From assembly GCA_036266715.1 (NCBI GenBank), contig DATAXS010000006.1, forward strand, positions 1,757 through 65,756: a stretch of DNA of 64,000 nucleotides, written 5' to 3'. A model generated the notes under the pieces. That model saw nothing but the letters and a program-made list of their open reading frames with translations, did not search any database and was not told where the DNA came from. Positions 47,882-56,286 of this stretch are shown one piece after another (positions within the stretch are counted from its first letter, which is position 1; each line of letters begins with the position of its first letter). The position numbers and the translations under genes were made by a program. The DNA comes from Minisyncoccota bacterium (GTDB lineage Bacteria > Patescibacteriota > Minisyncoccia > UBA6257 > 2-01-FULL-56-20).

Positions 47882-49633
47882 ATGCAGGAAAGCTTTAACA
47901 ATATGGAAAATAATTTTGATGAGGCGCCTTTGGCGCAGGAAAAATTAAAAAATAATAAAAAAACGGTCATCTACGCGCTCGTCGCGGGCATTTTTGCGGC
48001 TGCGACCGGGTATTACGTGGCATTTCCTGCCGGCGCGGACGATATTCTACAGCACAGCGCCGCAATTGCCGTGGCGTCATGGCAAAATGTGTTCGGCGGC
48101 GCACCGCCCGTCGATTCTTCGTGGGGAAACGAGCTTGCGGAGGGAGACGATGCGCCGTCGGGGACGATTGCGGACGACGGCGATGCCTCTTCCGCGGCGC
48201 AAGACGTGCTGAGCGGCACTAATTTCGGCCAGGGCGATAATGCGCCCGCAAAAAGTTCGCGCGTGACGGAAAAGAGCAGTCCCACTGCAAAGGCAACTCC
48301 CAAGGCAAGCGCCAAGACTTCGGCAAATATTTTGGCGAGCGGATCGTCTCCTGTCGGATCATTGTCGGCATCCTCACCCGCGCTATCATCATCGCCAACG
48401 CCAACGTTGCAGGCGGCCGCACCATCCCCACAACCTTCGTCACCGCCCGTGGTTGTACCCACGTGCACCGTTTCCGTTTCGGCAAATAGTTCCCACCAAA
48501 TTATTTTGAACGAGATTGCGTGGATGGGTTCGGTCGCCGCGGCGGAGGAAACCGCGAGTGCGGCGAGCGAGCGCGAATGGATGGAGCTTAAAAATATTTC
48601 CGGAAGTGCTGTGGATCTTTCCGAGTGGCAAATTTTGGATTCTTTGGGAAATATAAAATTTGTTTTTCCTTCCGGCGCGACGATCGGCGCAAACGGTTTT
48701 TATCTGCTCTCGCGCGGCGGGGATGCGGTGGCGGGCATTTCTCCGGACGCGGCCTACGTCGGCGGACTTTCTAACGGCGGCGATGTGCTGGAACTTTTTG
48801 ATGCCGCGTGCGCCGCCTCCGATCTTATTGACGCTTCGGCGGGATGGCCTGCGGGCAATAACACCACCAAGCAAACGCTCGAGCGCGATGCGGACGGCGT
48901 GGGGTGGCATACGAGCATTTCTCCCGGCGGCACGCCAAAGGCGGAAAATTCGGTTGTGATGACCCCTGCATCTTCGCCTGCGGCGAATATCGTGATAGAC
49001 CCGGTGCCGAGCGCCGCGCTTACTCCCACTCCAACGCCAACTCCTACCGATTCGCCCGTGCCCACGCCAGCGCCCGCGCCCGCAGCAGTTTCAATGTCGA
49101 CGCCCACCCCAGCGCCCATATCTACGCCCACGTCGACACCCACACCTGCTCGTACTTCTTCTGGTTCACCAAACCATCTCGTGATCGCTGCCGTCATGAT
49201 CGCTGGTGCTTCCTCAGCCAATGATTTTGTGAAGATATTCAATCCTACTGCCGCCGCGGTGGATGTGAGCGGGTGGAAGATCCATAAAAAGACGAGCACG
49301 GGAGGGGATGATTCATTGAGGGAGTTTGCGTCCGGAAGTTCGGTAGCACCCGGCGGTTATTTCACTTGGGCAAACTCGGCGGACGGATTCGGTGATGCAA
49401 CACACGCAAACGCAACGAGCACGGAAACGCTCGCGGCGGACAACAGCGTGGCGCTCTTTGATGCGAGCGGGACCCTTGTGGACGCGGTCGCGTGGGGAAC
49501 CGGCACAAACCAATATGTAGAAACGGCGGCGTATCCGACGGACCCTTTGGCAAATCAAACGCTCGCGCGAATATTTTTGAACGGCGCGATCGTGGACACC
49601 GATAATAATGCAAACGATTTTACTATCCAATAA
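47882..49633 (+). CDS. membrane-anchored protein with two lamin-tail domains (LTD) separated by a PT/PS-rich linker
   Basis: LTD 1: ILNEIAWMG...EWMELKNISGSAVDLSEWQILD. LTD 2: LVIAAVMIAG...DFVKIFNPTAAAVDVSGWKI. Start ambiguous (47792 or 47882). Confidence 0.65.
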   Translation: MQESFNNMENNFDEAPLAQEKLKNNKKTVIYALVAGIFAAATGYYVAFPAGADDILQHSAAIAVASWQNVFGGAPPVDSSWGNELAEGDDAPSGTIADDGDASSAAQDVLSGTNFGQGDNAPAKSSRVTEKSSPTAKATPKASAKTSANILASGSSPVGSLSASSPALSSSPTPTLQAAAPSPQPSSPPVVVPTCTVSVSANSSHQIILNEIAWMGSVAAAEETASAASEREWMELKNISGSAVDLSEWQILDSLGNIKFVFPSGATIGANGFYLLSRGGDAVAGISPDAAYVGGLSNGGDVLELFDAACAASDLIDASAGWPAGNNTTKQTLERDADGVGWHTSISPGGTPKAENSVVMTPASSPAANIVIDPVPSAALTPTPTPTPTDSPVPTPAPAPAAVSMSTPTPAPISTPTSTPTPARTSSGSPNHLVIAAVMIAGASSANDFVKIFNPTAAAVDVSGWKIHKKTSTGGDDSLREFASGSSVAPGGYFTWANSADGFGDATHANATSTETLAADNSVALFDASGTLVDAVAWGTGTNQYVETAAYPTDPLANQTLARIFLNGAIVDTDNNANDFTIQ

Positions 49634-49659
49634 TATGCCTGTGTGCTACGATATAAAAA

Positions 49660-50253
49660 ATGGCGCCAAAAGAGCACGGGAAGAAAAATATGCCGCTTAT
49701 ATTATTCATCGCAATCATCCTCCTCATTGTTGCGGGCATTTGGATCTACATTGTTATTTTTCACCGGGCAAATCCGCAGCTCACGCAGACGGCCGTCACG
49801 TTGCAGACAGCGGCTCCGTCCGGCGCACCATCTCCCACCGCCTCACCATCGGCGGCGGCGAGCGCTGGCGAAAATCCCACGCTTCCCGAGGAATCTCTCA
49901 GCATTGATAACGCCACATTCACCGTGGAGATCGCTTCAACGATGCTTGAACAGGCACGCGGACTTTCTTACCGTCCGAGCTTGGGCGCAAATGACGGGAT
50001 GTTGTTTGTGTTCGCAAGCGCGACGGTACAGAATTTTTGGATGCAGGGCATGAACTTTCCATTGGACATGATCTGGATCGGCGGCGGTAAAGTAGTGGGC
50101 TTCGCACAAGATGCAGTGCCCCAGCCGGGTGCGGCGCTTTGGAACCTTACTATATATAGTTCGCCCGACGGGACGGATAAGGTTTTGGAAGTAAATGCGG
50201 GGACGGTCGCCAAATACGACATAAAGGTGGGTGATACTGTAACAATAGGGTAA
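49660..50253 (+). CDS. DUF192-family protein (COG1430)
   Basis: N-terminal TM anchor. FTVEIASTMLEQARGLSYRPSLGANDGMLFVF...PLDMIW matches DUF192. Confidence 0.6.
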   Translation: MAPKEHGKKNMPLILFIAIILLIVAGIWIYIVIFHRANPQLTQTAVTLQTAAPSGAPSPTASPSAAASAGENPTLPEESLSIDNATFTVEIASTMLEQARGLSYRPSLGANDGMLFVFASATVQNFWMQGMNFPLDMIWIGGGKVVGFAQDAVPQPGAALWNLTIYSSPDGTDKVLEVNAGTVAKYDIKVGDTVTIG

Positions 50254-50303
50254 AGGGAGTTTTCCACTGGGAACGTGGGTGTGGAACCTATATAATAGAG
50301 GGA

Positions 50304-51347
50304 ATGGCAAAAGTACGAGTAGCGATCAATGGTTTTGGAAGGATTGGTCGCCTTTTCTTTAGGCAGGCATTCGACATGCCGGATGGCGGTTCAGATATTG
50401 AGATCGTGGCGATAAACGACCTCGGCGACGTGGAAAACCTTGCTTATCTCCTTAAATACGACTCGGTCTATGGCCGCTACGGCAAGGCGATCCAGGCAGA
50501 TATCGCAAATGGAAAGCTCATCGTGGGTGGCGCGGAGATCAAGTTCTTGCAGGTAAAGGACCCAACCCAGCTTCCATGGAAGGACCTCAATATAGATATA
50601 GTGGTGGAATCCACGGGTCTTTTTGATTCCTACGCGGCGTCCAAGGTGCATCTTGCGGCGGGGGCAAAGCGGGTCGTGATCACGGCGCCGGCAAAAGACG
50701 ACGACGGCGTGGATGGGCAGACGGTGCTCATGGGTGTGAACGACGACAATATGAAGACGTGCGCGATCACGTCCAACGGCTCGTGCACCACGAATTCGGC
50801 ATCACCCGTTATCCAGGTGCTTTCCGAAAATCCGGGCATCATAAAGGCGGCGCTTTCCACGGTCCACGCCTACACCGCAACCCAGGCACTGGTGGACGGT
50901 CCCATCCGCGGCGGCCATGATTTCCGCAAGGGCCGCGCGGCGGCGCGCAACACCGTTCCCGAAACCACGGGTGCGGCAATTTCCGTTGCGCGCGCGATCC
51001 CGGAGCTCAAAGGGAAATTTGATGGCGTCTCGTTCCGCGTGCCGAACATTACCGGTTCCATTTCCGACATCACGATCCTTGCAAAGCGGACGACGTCCGT
51101 AGAGGAGATAAACCAGATACTGACCGATGCCGCCGCGTCTCCGCGCTGGCAGGGGATTCTTAGAGTTACGCGCGACCAGCTCGTGTCGTCGGATATCGTG
51201 GGAGAACCGTACGGTGCCACGGTGCCGCTCGACCTTACTAAAGTAATTGATGGCGACTTTGTGAAAGTGCTTTCGTGGTACGACAACGAGGCGGGGTACG
51301 TGAGCACGCTCATTAAACATGTCCGAAAAGCCGCGAGCATGCTGTAG
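50304..51347 (+). CDS. gap: glyceraldehyde-3-phosphate dehydrogenase, type I
   Basis: NGFGRIGR Rossmann motif. Active-site SNGSCTTNS. Preceded by TATAATAGAGG 7 nt before the ATG. Confidence 0.9.
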   Translation: MAKVRVAINGFGRIGRLFFRQAFDMPDGGSDIEIVAINDLGDVENLAYLLKYDSVYGRYGKAIQADIANGKLIVGGAEIKFLQVKDPTQLPWKDLNIDIVVESTGLFDSYAASKVHLAAGAKRVVITAPAKDDDGVDGQTVLMGVNDDNMKTCAITSNGSCTTNSASPVIQVLSENPGIIKAALSTVHAYTATQALVDGPIRGGHDFRKGRAAARNTVPETTGAAISVARAIPELKGKFDGVSFRVPNITGSISDITILAKRTTSVEEINQILTDAAASPRWQGILRVTRDQLVSSDIVGEPYGATVPLDLTKVIDGDFVKVLSWYDNEAGYVSTLIKHVRKAASML

Positions 51348-51437
51348 AAATTTTCAATTATCAATTTTGCAATTTTCATTCAAAACACAATTTCCAAATG
51401 AAAATTTTCAAATGAAAAATTGTAAAATTACAAACAA
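51348..51437 (+). repeat. ~90-bp AT-rich promoter element, copy A (upstream of rpiB)
   Basis: aaattttcaattatcaattttgcaattttcattcaaaacacaatttccaaatgaaaattttcaaatgaaaaattgtaaaattacaaacaaATG. About 97% identical to copy B. Confidence 0.6.
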
Positions 51438-51890
51438 ATGACTATTTACATCGGCGCCGATCACGGCGGATTCGCTCTTAAAGAAAAATTGAAGGCTGCG
51501 CTTAAGGATGAGGCGTATGACGTGGTGGACATGGGTGCCGCGGCGCGCGTGGAAGACGACGATTATCCGGATTACGCAACGGCCGTGGCAAAAAAGATCC
51601 AGGATGATCCGTTGAATGCGCGGGGTATCGTGATCTGCCGTTCCGGGTTCGGCGTGGACATTGTGGCGAATAAATATGATGGCGTGCGTGCAGCGCTCGC
51701 GACGTCACCGGAACACGCATACCAGGGCCGCCATGACGACGACGTGAACGTGCTCGCGCTCGCGGCGGACTTTATAGACGAAGCAGTGGCGATCAAGGCG
51801 GCAAAGGTATTCCTGATCACGCCTTTTGCAAAGGAGGACAAATATTCGCGCCGATTGGAGAAGATCGTGAAGATAGAAGCGACGAACTGA
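51438..51890 (+). CDS. rpiB: ribose-5-phosphate isomerase B
   Basis: IYIGADHGGFALKEKL...GIVICRSGFGVDIVANK is characteristic of RpiB/LacAB. Confidence 0.85.
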   Translation: MTIYIGADHGGFALKEKLKAALKDEAYDVVDMGAAARVEDDDYPDYATAVAKKIQDDPLNARGIVICRSGFGVDIVANKYDGVRAALATSPEHAYQGRHDDDVNVLALAADFIDEAVAIKAAKVFLITPFAKEDKYSRRLEKIVKIEATN

Positions 51891-51896
51891 CGCGCC

Positions 51897-52538
51897 ATGG
51901 AGGTTATTCCCGTCATTAATTGTCCGGACGCCGCGTGCGCGCGGGAAAAGATAGAGACCTTGAAAAAATTTTTACCCGCTAACCGCTTTGTGCACCTTGA
52001 CGTGACGGACGGCATTTTTGCCGCGCATACGACGTGGAATGACCCGATGGGATGGAAGGGGCTTGGCGCGCCTTTTCAGCTTGAAGTGCATTTGATGGTG
52101 GAAGACCCGGGCGACGTGCTTGACGCGTGGCTCGCGGCGGGGATGAGGCGGTGCATTGTGCACGCGGAGGCCGTGCGGACGGCGGCCTGCCGCGCGCTCA
52201 TTGCGCAGTGCGCGGAAATGGGCGCGACGGTGATGCTTTCTTCCAACCCCGGCACGCCGGGCGCCGACCTCTTGCCCTATATCAAACTATTTTCCGCGTT
52301 CCAGGTCCTCTCTGTTGCGCCGGGCGCGGCGGGACAGGAATTTTTGGCATTTACGCTGGACAAAATATCGTTCATTCGCGCGAATGCGCCCGATGCTATA
52401 ATTGAAGTGGACGGGGGAATGAACCCCGATGCCGCATCTCTTGTGAAAAAGGCGGGTGCGGACGTCGTTGTTTCTTCCAATTATATTTTTAGCGCGAAGG
52501 ATCCAAAGGCGGCATACGAGGCATTGGAGCATGTCTAG
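51897..52538 (+). CDS. rpe: ribulose-phosphate 3-epimerase-like
   Basis: HLDVTDGIF...EVHLMVEDP...DGGMNPD motifs of the Rpe TIM barrel. Confidence 0.75.
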   Translation: MEVIPVINCPDAACAREKIETLKKFLPANRFVHLDVTDGIFAAHTTWNDPMGWKGLGAPFQLEVHLMVEDPGDVLDAWLAAGMRRCIVHAEAVRTAACRALIAQCAEMGATVMLSSNPGTPGADLLPYIKLFSAFQVLSVAPGAAGQEFLAFTLDKISFIRANAPDAIIEVDGGMNPDAASLVKKAGADVVVSSNYIFSAKDPKAAYEALEHV

Positions 52539-52541
52539 CAT

Positions 52542-52633
52542 CTTAATTTTCAATTATCAATTTTGCAATTTTCATTCAAGACACAATTTCCAAATGAAAA
52601 TTTTCAAATTGAAAATTGTAAAATTACAAACAA
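52542..52633 (+). repeat. ~90-bp AT-rich promoter element, copy B (upstream of the transketolase N-terminal gene)
   Basis: Near-identical to 51348-51437, with two substitutions and one indel. Confidence 0.6.
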
Positions 52634-53494
52634 ATGGAATCGCTTTCTGACAAAAAATTGCGGGAGATGGAGCTCATGGCCACGCGCTTGCGCGAGGACG
52701 TGATCAAAATGGTCTCGCACGCGGGTTCGGGGCACATTGCGGGGCCCTTGGACATGGCGGAAATTTTCACCGCGTTCTATTTTCATATTCTGAACCAGGA
52801 TCCGAAGAAACCGCTGTGGCCTGGCCGTGACCGGCTCGTGTTGTCCAACGGGCACATTGTGCCCATACAGTACGCCGCACTCGCGCATGCGGGCTATTTC
52901 CCGGTGGAAGAATTGAAAACGCTCCGGCAATTGAACACGCGTCTGCAGGGCCACCCGCACCGCGGCGCGCTTCCAGGAATTGAAACCACTTCCGGGCCGC
53001 TCGGATCGGGCATTTCGCAGGCCTTGGGCATTGCGCTCGCGGCCCGCCTTGACCAGAAAAAATGGCGCACGTATTGCCTGACCTCCGATGGCGAGCACGA
53101 AGAGGGCAACACGTGGGAAGCGGTGATGTTCGCCGGCAAAAACCGTTTGAGCAATCTCACGGTCATCGTGGACCGCAACAACATTCAGATAGACGGATTT
53201 ACGGAAAAGATAATGCCGCTTGAACCATTCCGTGCAAAGTACGAATCGTTCAACTGGCACGTGCTGGAGATAGACGGTCATAATTTTGAGGAAATCATCG
53301 CGGCCGTGGCGGAGGCGCGCGCCATCCACGAGCAGCCCACGTGCATAATTGCGCACACGATTCCGGGCAGGGGCGTGGACTTTATGGAAAACGACTATCT
53401 CTGGCACAGCAAGCCATTTAAGCCCGGCGAGGCGGAAAAGGCGCTCGGCGAGCTCCGGACGCTCCGCGGCAAGATAAAATCGGAGCACCAATAA
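52634..53494 (+). CDS. transketolase, N-terminal (TPP-binding) subunit of a split transketolase
   Basis: GSGHIAGPLDMAEIF, SNGHIVPIQYAA and TSDGEHEEGNTWEA are Tkt PP-domain motifs. Confidence 0.85.
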   Translation: MESLSDKKLREMELMATRLREDVIKMVSHAGSGHIAGPLDMAEIFTAFYFHILNQDPKKPLWPGRDRLVLSNGHIVPIQYAALAHAGYFPVEELKTLRQLNTRLQGHPHRGALPGIETTSGPLGSGISQALGIALAARLDQKKWRTYCLTSDGEHEEGNTWEAVMFAGKNRLSNLTVIVDRNNIQIDGFTEKIMPLEPFRAKYESFNWHVLEIDGHNFEEIIAAVAEARAIHEQPTCIIAHTIPGRGVDFMENDYLWHSKPFKPGEAEKALGELRTLRGKIKSEHQ

Positions 53495-53508
53495 GGTACA
53501 ATTAATAT

Positions 53509-54039
53509 ATGAAAACTGTAAATATTATCCTTGCGATCGGCACTCTCATCATCCTCGGCGCGCTCATCAGCCTGGGTATTTCCGCGTTCTATCCCGCGCC
53601 GCAGTATTCCACCATGCCGAACTATCCAATGGCGCCGGCCATTGTGCCTTGCGCCTCGGGCAACGCTCAATGCATACAAAATGACGCGAGCTCTTCGGCC
53701 GCATACCAAGCGCAAATGGACCAATATAACGCCGCGCAGGACGCTTATACCAATGCAATGAATACCTACAATACGAACGTGTTCATCATCGCGAACATCG
53801 TGGGCATTATCGTGTTCGTGATCGGCTTCTTCCTCGTGCTCTACGCGCGGCTCGCGGGGCAAGGCGTGCCAATCGGTATCATGATGGCGGGGCTGTGGAG
53901 CATCATCTACGGCTACGCGCGCGGGTGGGGGAGCGTGAACGATCCCTTGAAGTTTGTGATCGGACTCGTGGTTGCCGTGATCGTGCTTGGCGGGAGCGTG
54001 TGGCTGATGCAGAGAAAGGCGAGGAGTGCACATGGATAG
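53509..54039 (+). CDS. membrane protein (4 TM), hypothetical
   Basis: Lies between the two transketolase genes. Host-like GC. Confidence 0.45.
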   Translation: MKTVNIILAIGTLIILGALISLGISAFYPAPQYSTMPNYPMAPAIVPCASGNAQCIQNDASSSAAYQAQMDQYNAAQDAYTNAMNTYNTNVFIIANIVGIIVFVIGFFLVLYARLAGQGVPIGIMMAGLWSIIYGYARGWGSVNDPLKFVIGLVVAVIVLGGSVWLMQRKARSAHG

Positions 54040-54076
54040 AATTTTATATTTTCCCTCACTGGAATAAAGAAATGGC

Positions 54077-54110
54077 GCGATTGACTGAAATCAATTGCGC
54101 CATCGAAAGT
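54077..54110. terminator. bidirectional hairpin terminator between convergent genes
   Basis: atggcgcgattga-ctgaaa-tcaattgcgccat forms a 13-bp stem with one mismatch. U-rich on both sides. Confidence 0.45.
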
Positions 54111-54118
54111 TGTTTGGT

Positions 54119-54310
54119 TTAAGCTGTTGCGTGCTTCGATTTTTTATGTTGGATTTTAGTTTTGCGCACGCTTACTTTTGGAGGTTGTCGTGTATCGAGA
54201 TCGGGATCGATTCGCCTGAGAAGGTTTAAAATTTCCTCAGGACTGGCATTTTTGAGTCGTTCATCGCTCCGATGGAGAGCCTCTCTAATTTCTTTTCCCC
54301 TGATAGGCAT
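54119..54310 (-). CDS. small basic protein (63 aa) translationally coupled to the upstream ART gene. Candidate antitoxin, immunity or regulator.
   Basis: TAATG stop/start overlap with the ART gene. Helical N-terminal region and Lys-rich C-terminus. Lies in the low-GC block. Confidence 0.4.
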   Translation of the reverse strand: MPIRGKEIREALHRSDERLKNASPEEILNLLRRIDPDLDTRQPPKVSVRKTKIQHKKSKHATA

Positions 54311-54894
54311 TACTGTTTCCCTCCTTCAAAATGGTAAAGCTGAATGCTTTTTATTACTTCCGTGCGATAAGGACGCACGACTATCTGAACATGGGCATGG
54401 CTATAAAGCTGTGAACCGGGAACGATTGGCTTGCCTTCGATGAAGGTAGCTCGGACGGCGCTGACTCGTCTCCCTTCTGCTTCCAGTTGATCCACCACGG
54501 AGTTAATCAGCACACAATCAAAGTCGTGTTTTCCACCTTTGTTTAATGGTAACGACTTCCCAGCTTTTTGGTATCGTTCTTCTAGCACCACATATCGCCG
54601 CGCAATTATTTCTGCCGCCTCGATGTCAATAAGGTCAAGACAATCGTTGAGGTCTATCTCAGCGCAGAGTACTACGGGGTTTTCGGTACGCACAGGAGGC
54701 GAAATGCGAACTTTCGGCCACTCTCGGGCGCGAAAAGGTGCGTCTTGAAAGAAATACACGCCCCTTCCCAGCCAGTCAGTGTCTTTTTCGCTGAATAGAA
54801 ATCTTTCGGCGTTTTTCTCGCCGGGCTCCAGGATTGCTGTTGCCGATTCCTCGCTTGTACCATGATAGCCTAAAACCGTTAGGGTTTGATCCAT
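54310..54894 (-). CDS. stand-alone PARP-like (H-Y-E class) ADP-ribosyltransferase domain protein (194 aa), candidate toxin
   Basis: LGYHGTSEESATAILEPG parallels PARP LWHGSRttNfagILsqGL. GRGVYFFQDA parallels PARP GKGIYFAD. An acidic residue is present downstream (CAEIDL). Local GC is about 42%. Confidence 0.5.
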   Translation of the reverse strand: MDQTLTVLGYHGTSEESATAILEPGEKNAERFLFSEKDTDWLGRGVYFFQDAPFRAREWPKVRISPPVRTENPVVLCAEIDLNDCLDLIDIEAAEIIARRYVVLEERYQKAGKSLPLNKGGKHDFDCVLINSVVDQLEAEGRRVSAVRATFIEGKPIVPGSQLYSHAHVQIVVRPYRTEVIKSIQLYHFEGGKQ

Positions 54895-55018
54895 TGGATG
54901 GCCCTCCCTGATTGTTTAAATTTTCAAGTTCTGTTAAAATTATACAATAATTTTTGGTTAAATCAAGTAGAAGAGAATCAAAGCCCGTTTCTTGAAAGCG
55001 GTATTGTACAATATATAG

Positions 55019-56008
55019 ATGCTAAACCCCGACGCGAAACTGAATCCAAAGCTGTTTGACGAGGACGTTGAACAGCGCCCCACGCGGGACGGCTACGGCA
55101 ACGGGCTCGTGGCGGCGGGGGAGATGAACGACAACGTGGTCGCGCTCTGCGCGGACCTCACGGAATCCACGCGCACGGAGGCGTTCGCCAAGAAATTTCC
55201 GGAACGCTACTTTGAGCTCGGCGTGGCCGAGCAGAATATGGCGACGGTCGCAGCTGGCCTCGGCGTCACGGGCAAAATTCCTTTCATCGCTTCTTATGCC
55301 ACGTTTTCCCCGGGCAGAAACTGGGAGCAGATTCGGACCACGATCGCCTACAACGATTCCAACGTAAAAGTGGCTGGGCACCACGCGGGCATTTCCGTGG
55401 GACCGGACGGCGCCACGCACCAGGCAACGGAGGATATTGCGATCATGCGCGCGATGCCGAATATGAAAGTGTTCGTGCCGTGTGACGCAGTGGAAGGCGC
55501 AAAGGCCACGCTCGCCGCGGCGCACATCTGGGGCCCGGTGTACCTCCGGTTCCAACGGGAAAAAACGCCCATCATTACCACCGACCTCACGCCCTACACG
55601 CCGGGCAAAGCGGAAGTGTTCTGGCAGTCAAAAAAGTCGGAAGTGCTCATTATTGGCTGCGGAGGATTGATGTATAACGCGCTCGTGGCCGCGCGGGAAC
55701 TGGAAAAAGAAAAGATAGGCACGATCGTTTTGAACGTCCACACCATAAAACCTCTCGACGAAAAGAAAATCGTTGAATTGGCAAAGAAAACAGGCGCGGT
55801 AGTGACCGTGGAAGAGCATCAGGTGGAGGGCGGTCTTGGCGGTGCCGTTGCGGAAGCGCTCGCAAAGCACGCGCCCACGCCAGTTGAATTCATCGGTATG
55901 CAGAACACCTTCGGTGAATCCGGGCCGCCAGACGCGCTCATCAAAAAGTACGGCATGACGGCGGAAGACATTGTGGTGGCGGCGAAGAAAGCCATCAGGC
56001 GCAAATAG
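55019..56008 (+). CDS. transketolase, C-terminal (Pyr and C-terminal domain) subunit
   Basis: FELGVAEQNMATVAAGL...FIASYATFS...GPDGATHQATEDIAIMRAMPNM. Confidence 0.85.
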   Translation: MLNPDAKLNPKLFDEDVEQRPTRDGYGNGLVAAGEMNDNVVALCADLTESTRTEAFAKKFPERYFELGVAEQNMATVAAGLGVTGKIPFIASYATFSPGRNWEQIRTTIAYNDSNVKVAGHHAGISVGPDGATHQATEDIAIMRAMPNMKVFVPCDAVEGAKATLAAAHIWGPVYLRFQREKTPIITTDLTPYTPGKAEVFWQSKKSEVLIIGCGGLMYNALVAARELEKEKIGTIVLNVHTIKPLDEKKIVELAKKTGAVVTVEEHQVEGGLGGAVAEALAKHAPTPVEFIGMQNTFGESGPPDALIKKYGMTAEDIVVAAKKAIRRK

Positions 56009-56060
56009 GTCAAGTAAGATTTTAGAATAATTTAACCATCGATTATGTAATATTGCGGTG

Positions 56061-56129
56061 TGGGGGTGGCGTAGCGCTGAACCTCGACTCACCACCGGGA
56101 GTTCACGGGGTGCAAATCCCCGCACCTCC
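56061..56129 (+). ncRNA. unclassified tRNA-like element: 7-bp acceptor stem with G3:U70 plus T-arm, no canonical D or anticodon arms
   Basis: GGGGGUG(56061-67) pairs with CACCUCC(56122-28), giving G3:U70, with A as discriminator. T-arm is CGGGG-UGCAAAU-CCCCG. The 37 nt between them do not fold into D or anticodon arms. Confidence 0.4.
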
Positions 56130-56138
56130 ACGGGATCC

Positions 56139-56166
56139 CTTGACGGGAGAAGTCCATCTGCTATAA
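56139..56166 (+). promoter_or_regulatory. near-consensus sigma70 promoter
   Basis: TTGACG - 16 nt - TATAAT. Confidence 0.55.
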
Positions 56167-56172
56167 TAGAGG

Positions 56173-56242
56173 CATCGGTGGTGAGTCGGGACCAGCACTA
56201 TGATGGAATTCCCAAAAGACCCGGAAACGGGTCTTTTGTTTT
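56173..56242 (+). ncRNA. candidate ~70-nt small RNA (promoter to intrinsic terminator)
   Basis: Starts ~7 nt after the TATAAT. Ends with a gacccg-gaaa-cgggtc hairpin plus UUUUGUUUUU. Its 5' end ggtggtgagtcg is the exact reverse complement of 56084-56095. Confidence 0.4.
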
Positions 56243-56286
56243 TGTTATCATTATACTGATGATCAAAAAGGTAGGAAAAAAATATA

